Below, piece after piece: positions 8,776-15,210 of a DNA stretch of 18,101 nucleotides. The stretch is from Meiothermus sp. (GTDB lineage Bacteria; Deinococcota; Deinococci; Deinococcales; Thermaceae). Location: the NCBI GenBank assembly GCA_033762915.1, contig JANRLD010000103.1, positions 1-18,101 on the forward strand. The letters run 5' to 3'. Each line of letters opens with the position of its first letter. Position 1 is the stretch's first letter. The position numbers and the translations under genes were made by a program. The notes below the pieces were generated by a model. The model was not told the origin of the DNA. It ran no database searches and saw only the letters and a list, made by a program, of their open reading frames with translations.

Positions 8776-9746
8776 TGTCCGGCCTCGAGGAGCAAGGTGG
8801 TGTCGAGCAGTTGGGCCAGAGTGACGCCCTTGGGGGCGTACTCGAGGCGGTGCAGGGTGGCCATGAGCTCGGCCATCGCAGCCAGGTCAGACCGTCCGAT
8901 ACGCCAGTCGAAGATCATCTCCTTGAGGGCCCGCGCCATCACCTCGGGGCCGGGAACTGGGCCTCTGGGGGTGTCAACCGGTCGAGGGATGAAGGTCGCG
9001 GCCAGGATTCGGGCCGCGTCGGCGGGGTTGGAGCGGATAAACTCGGCGGCCTTGCGCTGGGCGCGAATCAGCGCGAGAGCCTGGGGGCGGCTGCGCTGAA
9101 GCCAGGGCTGGTTAACCGCCAGAACCGAGCCGACCTGGTTGTTCCAGACCTTGCCGAAATCGAGCACGCGCCTTACGGGCAACGAGAGCTCTGCGATGGT
9201 GGCCCAGGGCTGGGGGAACACGGCGGCGTCGAAGCGCTTGGTGGCGAGGCCTCCGACCAGCGTGGGGGGCGGGGAGGGCAGCAGGTTGAGGTCGCTCGGG
9301 CGCAGGCGGTACTGGGGCAGCACCTTGCCCTTGAACAGCACCTCCGGGGTGCTACCCACCGGAGGCGTGCCGAGGTTGCGCCCGCGCAGCATCTCTGGGT
9401 CGGTGATGCCGCTGTCCTCCCGCGCCAGGATCAGGATGTCGGGGTGGGCGGCCTTAGCGATCACCTTGATGGGCGCTCCTCTGGCGGCCCACACGTAAGA
9501 GGCGGGAAAACCTGTTTGAGCTGCCTCGAGCTGGCCCGCTGCCAGCGCGGTCATCAGGGGCTGCAGGTCGTTGAAGGGGATCAGCTCGACCTCGAGGTTC
9601 CCCTCTTTGTAAAAGCCCCGATCCTGCGCGATTAGCCCCAGCCCCATCGGCAGCACCGTCAGGTAGCCCATCCGCACCCTCTGGGTCTGCGCCGCCGCCG
9701 TGCCCAGCAAGACCACCCCGAACAACAAAATGATTCTCCACTTCAT
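8772..9746 (-). CDS. SsuA/TauA/NrtA-type ABC substrate-binding protein
   Basis: Signal peptide MKWRIILL...AAAQ, VRMGYL, GFYKEGNLEVELIPF, LRGRNLGTP. GAGGAGG RBS before ATG 9746. Confidence 0.9.
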   Translation of the reverse strand: MKWRIILLFGVVLLGTAAAQTQRVRMGYLTVLPMGLGLIAQDRGFYKEGNLEVELIPFNDLQPLMTALAAGQLEAAQTGFPASYVWAARGAPIKVIAKAAHPDILILAREDSGITDPEMLRGRNLGTPPVGSTPEVLFKGKVLPQYRLRPSDLNLLPSPPPTLVGGLATKRFDAAVFPQPWATIAELSLPVRRVLDFGKVWNNQVGSVLAVNQPWLQRSRPQALALIRAQRKAAEFIRSNPADAARILAATFIPRPVDTPRGPVPGPEVMARALKEMIFDWRIGRSDLAAMAELMATLHRLEYAPKGVTLAQLLDTTLLLEAGQ

Positions 9747-9748
9747 GC

Positions 9749-10507
9749 CTATCTCCTCCTCGGAGTCTCTGCTTCCGTCTGAACTCCCAACAGTGCCAGC
9801 ACCTCGCGCCGCAGGCTGACAAAACCTGGGGCGTCGCGGCCGCGCGGGCGGGGCAGGCCCACCCGTAGGTTGGCCAGCACCCGGGCGGGCCGGGGGCTTA
9901 GCACCACCACACGGTCGGCCAGGTATAGCGCTTCTTCCACGTCGTGCGTCACCATCACCGCCCCGAAGCCCAACTCTGCCCATAGCCGCTGGAGCATGGC
10001 CTGTAGGCCCAGGCGGGTCAGCGCGTCGAGCGAGCCGAAGGGCTCGTCGAGCAGCAGCAGTCGGGTCTCCACCGCCAGCACCTGGGCCAACGCGGCCCGC
10101 TGGGCCATCCCGCCCGAGACTTGGTGCGGGTAGTAGCCCTCAAAGCCCTCGAGGCCCACCCGGGCCAGCCAGGCTCTGGCCATCTGGCGGGCCTCGCGGC
10201 GCGGGCGTCTGGCCAGCTCGAGCCCCATCGCCACACTGGCCTCGAGAGTCAGCCAAGGATAGAGGGCCCGTTCCTGCTGCACCAGGGCACGCTCGGCCCC
10301 AGGCCCCCGCACCGCCGCGCCGCCATACAGGACCTCACCGGAGGAGGGCGGCTCGAGTCCCGCCACGATCCGCAGCAGGGTGCTTTTGCCGCATCCCGAA
10401 GGCCCCACCACCGCCACGAACTCCCCTGACTCGCAGCGCACCTCCAGGCCCTCGAGCACCTCCAGATCGCCGAAGCGCATGCCCACCGCGCGCAGCTCGA
10501 GGCTCAC
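9749..10507 (-). CDS. SsuB/TauB-type ABC ATP-binding protein
   Basis: Walker A GPSGCGKS, signature VSGGMAQR, Walker B LLLLDEPF, H-loop VTHD. GTG 10507 overlaps the permease stop. Confidence 0.95.
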   Translation of the reverse strand: MSLELRAVGMRFGDLEVLEGLEVRCESGEFVAVVGPSGCGKSTLLRIVAGLEPPSSGEVLYGGAAVRGPGAERALVQQERALYPWLTLEASVAMGLELARRPRREARQMARAWLARVGLEGFEGYYPHQVSGGMAQRAALAQVLAVETRLLLLDEPFGSLDALTRLGLQAMLQRLWAELGFGAVMVTHDVEEALYLADRVVVLSPRPARVLANLRVGLPRPRGRDAPGFVSLRREVLALLGVQTEAETPRRR

Positions 10508-11316
10508 CGGTACCTCCAGGCCAGCAGGCGGCGCTTGAGCGGCTCGAGCAGCAGCCCGTCCAGGAGCACCGTCAAGAGACCAATCACACAGATCCCCAGC
10601 AGCACCGTCACCATGTCGCCGAGCTGCCCGGCCAGCTGGATGCCGCCGCCCAGCCCCCGCGCCGCCCCCGCCAACATCTCCACCGCGATCAGCGCCCGCC
10701 AGGCGTTGCCGAATCCAATCTCGAGGCCCGCCAGCACCGCGGGCAGGGCGGCGGGCAAGTAGACCCGCAGCACCTCCTGTCGGCGGCCCGCCCCCAACAC
10801 GCGGGCCAGCTCGAGCCAGCGCCGCTCTACGCCCTCGAGGGCGCTCAGACCCGCAATCGCCAGCGGGAACAGCGCCGCCAGCGTCACCACGATCACGATG
10901 GGCAGCGGCCCGAAGCCGAACCACAGCAGCAGCAGCGGGAACCAGGCCACCGGCGGCACCGCCTGGAGCAGTGCCATCAGCGCCCGGAAATAGCCCCGCA
11001 AGGCCGGGAAGGCCGCCCCCAGGAAGATCATCCCTAGCCCCAGCGCCGCCGCCGCCGCCAGCGCCGTCAGCAGCCGCCCCAGGCTGGTCAGCAGTCCGGC
11101 CCAGAAGCTTCCGCTTACGACCGCATCAGGAAACTGGGCCAGAACCTTGAGCGGGTCGGGCAACAGGAAGTCCGGCAGGCTCCAGGCCGCGAACTGCCAC
11201 AGCAGCAGCAGGGTTGCGAAGGCCAGGGCGTAGGAGCCCAGCCGATCGGACGAGAACCGGCTGGTCCGGGGCGCCTTGGAAGGGTGCGCGATTGGCCGCG
11301 TATCGGGTTGCGCCAT
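10504..11316 (-). CDS. SsuC/TauC-type ABC permease
   Basis: VPPVAWFPLLLLWFGFG, EAA loop ELARVLGA, AWRALIAVEML, multiple TM helices. Confidence 0.93.
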   Translation of the reverse strand: MAQPDTRPIAHPSKAPRTSRFSSDRLGSYALAFATLLLLWQFAAWSLPDFLLPDPLKVLAQFPDAVVSGSFWAGLLTSLGRLLTALAAAAALGLGMIFLGAAFPALRGYFRALMALLQAVPPVAWFPLLLLWFGFGPLPIVIVVTLAALFPLAIAGLSALEGVERRWLELARVLGAGRRQEVLRVYLPAALPAVLAGLEIGFGNAWRALIAVEMLAGAARGLGGGIQLAGQLGDMVTVLLGICVIGLLTVLLDGLLLEPLKRRLLAWRYR

Positions 11317-11419
11317 AGGGGGTTTGCGTAATCCTCGAGTCGGCCCTCACAGCGGGCGACCGGCGGGCACAGTCTCTCGGGGAAGTGCGGGCCGAGACAC
11401 GCACACTCACCCAGGAGAT

Positions 11420-11449
11420 ATTAGCCCGCTTATGCGCTTTAGCATATCA
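11420..11449 (-). promoter_or_regulatory. Extended -10 (TGATATGCT) plus candidate operator ATAAGCGGGCTAAT upstream of the Ssu-like operon
   Basis: -10 at 11446-11441 abutting the XRE stop codon; motif at 11433-11420; overlapping TATGC-N6-GCATA inverted repeat at 11431-11446. Confidence 0.55.
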
Positions 11450-11728
11450 GGAACAGTTGCAACCTTGGCAAGCACAGCCCCCGCCGAAGGCTAGCCGTTC
11501 GGCCCGCATCAGCCGGCGGATAAGTTCGAGCTCCTCCTCGTGGGCGTAGGGCAACACCTGCGGAATCAGGGCGATCAGGGCGGCCAGGTGCTTGAAGCTG
11601 GGGTACTCCACCCCGCTCTCCCAAAAAGAGACGGTGGCCTGGGTGATGCCGAGCTTCTGGGCCAACTGCTCCTGGCTCCAACTGTGCTCTTTGCGCGAAC
11701 GTTGTAGGGCTCTGGCGAAGGGGGTCAT
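11447..11728 (-). CDS. XRE-family HTH regulator with C-terminal CxCxxCxC tail
   Basis: WSQEQLAQKLGITQATVSFWESGVEYPS is a classic HTH_3 motif; protein ends GGGCACQGCNCS. Confidence 0.9.
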   Translation of the reverse strand: MTPFARALQRSRKEHSWSQEQLAQKLGITQATVSFWESGVEYPSFKHLAALIALIPQVLPYAHEEELELIRRLMRAERLAFGGGCACQGCNCS

Positions 11729-11963
11729 GGGGCACCTGTAGGCATAGTGGCAGATATAGCGGAAGAGAAAGCCAGCAGAGGACGGATTCAGCCGGAGTCC
11801 GAGTCGCGGTAGGTCGCTTTACGGGCGATTATGGGCCCGGACCAACCTGGTCTGGGGGGGCCCTCGGCGCAGACGTGCTCCGCGTCATCTCGAGACGCCT
11901 GAGCTTCGCAGAAACATGCCATCACACGTACCATCATCTTCCCGTCGTGCTCGAGCTCAGAGA

Positions 11964-12461
11964 TCATCCCCCCACCTCCTCGGCCGTGAGTAGCGTTGTC
12001 AACAACTCCATCAGGCGCGCCTCTGCGACGGGCAGGGCGCTTTCCACCTCGGGCGACAGCCCAATTCCCAGATCGATCACCGCCGGCACGCAGCCCACGA
12101 TGTAGGCCCTCGGCGGCAGCTTGTCCAGCGCCTTGGCCATCGCCATCGCACGGCCCGGTTCAGCGTAGTGCAGGTCGGCCAGCATGTCCCTCTCGACCCG
12201 GGGCGGCAAGGAGCGGGGGTCGGTCACGTCGGCCTGCAGCACCCGTACCTGGCCGGGAGTGCGGCCCTCCACTGCGTCCAGAATCACCGCTGCCGCGTAG
12301 CCACGGAACAGCTCCTGTACAAAGTGCATCCCTCCGATCCCCGCGTCCAGCAGCCTGACCTCGCCGGACAATTTGGGGTTGTGCTGCAAGCGCTCCAGCA
12401 GCCGCACCCCGAAGGCGTCGTCGCGGTGCAGCAGGTTGCCGAAGCCCGCTACCAGGATCAT
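11964..12461 (-). CDS. Hydrogenase maturation endopeptidase (HyaD/HybD/HycI family)
   Basis: MILVAGFGNLLHRDDAFG, ILDAV, DLH, GLSPEVESA. ATG 12461 overlaps the upstream stop (ATGA). Confidence 0.93.
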   Translation of the reverse strand: MILVAGFGNLLHRDDAFGVRLLERLQHNPKLSGEVRLLDAGIGGMHFVQELFRGYAAAVILDAVEGRTPGQVRVLQADVTDPRSLPPRVERDMLADLHYAEPGRAMAMAKALDKLPPRAYIVGCVPAVIDLGIGLSPEVESALPVAEARLMELLTTLLTAEEVGG

Positions 12462-13345
12462 CTCGAGAACAGCTCCCGCGCCTGCAAGTCGGTGGCCAGC
12501 AAGACCCGACCGCCCTGGACGCTGACCGGGTAGATCCGCAGCGAGGCCCCCTCCACACCGTCCACCCGACGCCCATTCCGTGCGTCGTAGGCACAGTTTT
12601 GCCAGGTGCAGACCAGCACATTGCCCGAGAGCTTGGCGTCGGCCAGCGACATCTTGCACCCCGGGCAGGTGCAGTCAAAGGCATTGACCTCGGCCCCCAG
12701 CCGCACCAGAATCACCTCCTTGTCGCCCGCGAACACCGGGGCAACGCGACCCTCGTGCAAGTCCGAAAACTCGGCAACCTGCGTGAACACAGGGGCCTGG
12801 ACGGTCACCGGCGCGGGTGCACCCATTCCCGCCATCGGGAGTTCGATCAGGCCCGGGATGGGTTCGTCGGGTTCTGGCTCGTGCACCACCAAACCCTTGT
12901 AACCTGGCAGGCCACTGCGCAGCGCGACCTCGATGCCGTTTTTGAGCGTCGCCGCGGAGGCCGCGCAGGTCTTGCAGGAGCCTTGAAGCCGAACGTGAAC
13001 CGTTCCGTCTTCAACCGCCAGCACCTCCACCTCGCCGCCGTGCGACTGCATGTAGGGGCGTACCAGCTCGAGGGCTTGTTCGGCCAGGGAGGCCTGGTCG
13101 TTGGGATTCTGGTTGTAGAGGGTGAAGAGCAGGTTTACTGCAGGGTCTTGCAGCATATCGTCCAGCATCCCCGCCTGCGCCAGCCGCTCCCCCAACCGCT
13201 CTACGCCCACGCGGTGGATGTAGTCGGTGATTTGCAGTACCGCGAACACCTCCTCGCGCACCTGCGGGAAGGGCAGGGTCTCGAGGTTTTGAATCCGCGC
13301 ATTAAGCTCGGCCACCAGGTCGTCTAGGGAGACTTCAACCGACAT
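12458..13345 (-). CDS. NifU/NfuA C-terminal domain + Rieske-like domain Fe-S protein (hydrogenase accessory)
   Basis: VRPYMQSHGGEVE...LQGSCKTC (Nfu CxxC); C-terminal Rieske-fold pattern CTCPGC...VCTWQNCAYD..G...LRIYPV. Confidence 0.88.
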   Translation of the reverse strand: MSVEVSLDDLVAELNARIQNLETLPFPQVREEVFAVLQITDYIHRVGVERLGERLAQAGMLDDMLQDPAVNLLFTLYNQNPNDQASLAEQALELVRPYMQSHGGEVEVLAVEDGTVHVRLQGSCKTCAASAATLKNGIEVALRSGLPGYKGLVVHEPEPDEPIPGLIELPMAGMGAPAPVTVQAPVFTQVAEFSDLHEGRVAPVFAGDKEVILVRLGAEVNAFDCTCPGCKMSLADAKLSGNVLVCTWQNCAYDARNGRRVDGVEGASLRIYPVSVQGGRVLLATDLQARELFSR

Positions 13346-13348
13346 CGT

Positions 13349-13708
13349 TCACATCCAATCGGGCCGGCGGTTGTGGTGCTGACAGTTCTCCGGGCCGTTG
13401 ATCATACAGTCCTCGCAGTCGGGTCCGCAGGCACCGTGGGCAGAGTGGGTCAGTTCGGCAAAGGCGTCATTAAAGCGCCGCCCGCCCTCTTTGTGGCCCA
13501 ACTCGGTGAGCCTTACGGTGCCCTCGCCGACACCCATCAGCAGACCCTCGAGCCGCATCATCTCGAACACCGTGGCGATTTGCTCAGGGGTAGAGCCCAC
13601 CAACACCGAGACCTGCTCGGCCGTGGCCGTGTCGCCCAGATTTTCGCCCTTAAGCCAGTAGAGCACCTGCAGAATTTCGTCGCGCAGCCGTAGTTCCTCG
13701 AGGGTCAT
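13349..13708 (-). CDS. Hydrogenase-cluster hypothetical protein: winged-helix-like N-terminus, Cys/His-rich C-terminus
   Basis: EILQVLYWL...VRLTELGHKEG wing-like motif; tail HSAHGACGPDCEDC...CQHH; ATGA coupling, GGAGG RBS. Confidence 0.8.
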   Translation of the reverse strand: MTLEELRLRDEILQVLYWLKGENLGDTATAEQVSVLVGSTPEQIATVFEMMRLEGLLMGVGEGTVRLTELGHKEGGRRFNDAFAELTHSAHGACGPDCEDCMINGPENCQHHNRRPDWM

Positions 13709-14271
13709 CGTACCTCCACTTTGCGCGGGGTAAAGGGGCGCTGCAGCCCGAACTCGGCGTGTTCCGCAACCAGTTCGGCCGGCAAGGTACCCTCCACAAA
13801 GGCCCGCGCGATCTCTTCTACCTTCGGGTACAGCGCCTGCACCTCCGCCGTAAGCCCGTCGGGACCGTTGGGCTCCACGGGTTCGATCTCGAGCACCCAG
13901 GTTTCCTCGGGCAGTGCGTCGAACTGTTTGGCAATCACCAGCAGCAGCTCGATGGCGATCACCCCCGAGCCCGCCTCGTTCATGTACTCCTGGAACACGT
14001 CAATGGTCTTGGGCAGCTCGGGGTCGGCTCGGTAGAGCCGCAGCGTCCCCGGCTCGCGGCCCCTGGCCTCCGAGGCCACAAACAGTGCCCGGGCGTACCC
14101 GTCGTCCTGAAGTTGGTACATCATTGGGATCGCGCCGAAACTGTAGTCGGCCACGGTGACATGCAGGGGCCACTCGAGCCGCCCCAGCCGGTCACAAAAC
14201 TCCGGCCCTGCCGAGCGGTCGCGCCAGAAGCGGTGCCCGACCCCGGCGATTAGGGTTTTGGCTTGTGACAT
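13705..14271 (-). CDS. Second, atypical hydrogenase maturation protease-like protein
   Basis: LIAGVGHRFWRDRSAG aligns to GxGNxxxxDDxxG; DYSFG, PGTL, IEP, GLTAEV fit the fold. Start moved from 14550 to ATG 14271. Confidence 0.8.
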   Translation of the reverse strand: MSQAKTLIAGVGHRFWRDRSAGPEFCDRLGRLEWPLHVTVADYSFGAIPMMYQLQDDGYARALFVASEARGREPGTLRLYRADPELPKTIDVFQEYMNEAGSGVIAIELLLVIAKQFDALPEETWVLEIEPVEPNGPDGLTAEVQALYPKVEEIARAFVEGTLPAELVAEHAEFGLQRPFTPRKVEVR

Positions 14272-14277
14272 GGAGCA

Positions 14278-14283
14278 ATTATA
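14278..14283 (-). promoter_or_regulatory. Consensus -10 TATAAT 6 nt before ATG 14271 (leaderless promoter)
   Basis: Minus strand reads ggttTATAATtgctccATG; no RBS. Confidence 0.65.
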
Positions 14284-14306
14284 AACCTTTAGAACGAACG
14301 ATGGGT

Positions 14307-14867
14307 TTAGTTCTTTGCCAGTTTTGAGGTCAACCGCTTCAACGCCTCCTTGCCGCTCAGAACTTCGATGGGCATGCTCTTGGGCAGGATGGACCGATAG
14401 CCGTCTTTTGAACTCTCCGTCCCCAGCAGGATTGCCTTGGCTTTGAAGGTAAATCCAATGATGAAATCGTCGTTGGGGCCGGGCGAGACCTTGTTGACCC
14501 TGGCCGTGGGCATCAGATGGGCCCAACTTGCGATCTAGAGCGGTTCCCACGCATACTCCCTACGGCGCTAAAGCGGGCGGTTTTTGCTGATGGGAGTACA
14601 TTACCTGCCGCAGTGAGGGAGGTATTGGTGGGAAACGCGATAGTCAAGCATTTTGTCCAGTTCGTACTCGCAAATGTGGCGCCGCTCTTTGGGGTCGGAG
14701 AAATACTTCTCGACCACCTCGATGAGTTCGGTCAGCGGTCCCCTCGAGGCGTACAGGTTGAGCCTCTTTTACTTGACCAACTTCAGCAAGCGCAACCCCC
14801 CGCCACTGGGGTTCAAGAGCGCAAGGAGGTAAACACTGGTGTCAAAGGCCGCCTTCACGGCCTTCAT
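14307..14867 (-). pseudogene. PIN-domain toxin pseudogene
   Basis: MKAVKAAFDTSVYLLALLNPSGGGLRLLKLVK*KRLNLYASRGPLTELIEVV ... SPGPNDDFII...LLGTESSKD. TAA at 14771-14769; net 105-bp insertion whose removal keeps the frame (about 150 codons). Confidence 0.8.
14536..14642. mobile_element. MITE-like element, 103 bp between duplicated TA, imperfect TIRs of about 25 bp, CTAG target
   Basis: Left end TA-GAGCGGTTCCCACGCATACTCCCT; right end reverse complement TA-TCGCGTTTCCCACCAATACCTCCCT; reconstructed empty site gaCTAGatc. Confidence 0.75.
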
Positions 14868-15062
14868 TTTTTTGGTCTTACCTGCACCATGATTCCAGTC
14901 GGCTTCATCGGGCCATTTACCCGCCTCCGCAGTGCTCATCTTGGGTTTGGCCCTACGAAAATACGCAACAGCTTCTCTGGCGGCTTTGGCATCTTTGGCC
15001 TGCTCGAGGGCTCGCTTAATGCGACTCTAAACGCTTGGCTTCTCCGTGGTCTTGGCAGACAC
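14868..15062 (-). pseudogene. Probable antitoxin remnant upstream of the PIN gene
   Basis: About 65 codons, Lys/Ala/Glu-rich and helical (VSAKTTEKPSV*SRIKRALEQAKDAKAAREAVAYFRRAKPK...), TAG at 15029-15027. Antitoxin call is positional only. Confidence 0.5.
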
Positions 15063-15210
15063 AAACTTCAATATCTAGGCATGTGGCGTTAGCCCCTCTG
15101 ACGTCCTCGGCAATGCGTCCGAGGGCTTCATCACTTTATTTGCGTAGCCGTACAGCCATGTCATCCGGGTCGCAAAATCGATAGAGTCAACTTCGTCGTG
15201 CTAATCTCGA

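Noticed and set aside
14272..14550. N-terminal extension of the atypical protease in the ORF track (likewise extensions to 12659, 10924, 9983, 4404, 2505)
   Set aside because: Longest-ORF artefacts; RBS, coupling or promoter evidence and domain starts support the shorter genes.
14517..15092. 191-aa plus-strand ORF
   Set aside because: Antisense to the PIN/antitoxin remnant, runs through the MITE, and has no recognisable motif.
15105..15124. CCTCGG/CCGAGG hairpin after the large subunit as a terminator
   Set aside because: Only a 6-bp stem with no U-tract on the minus strand.
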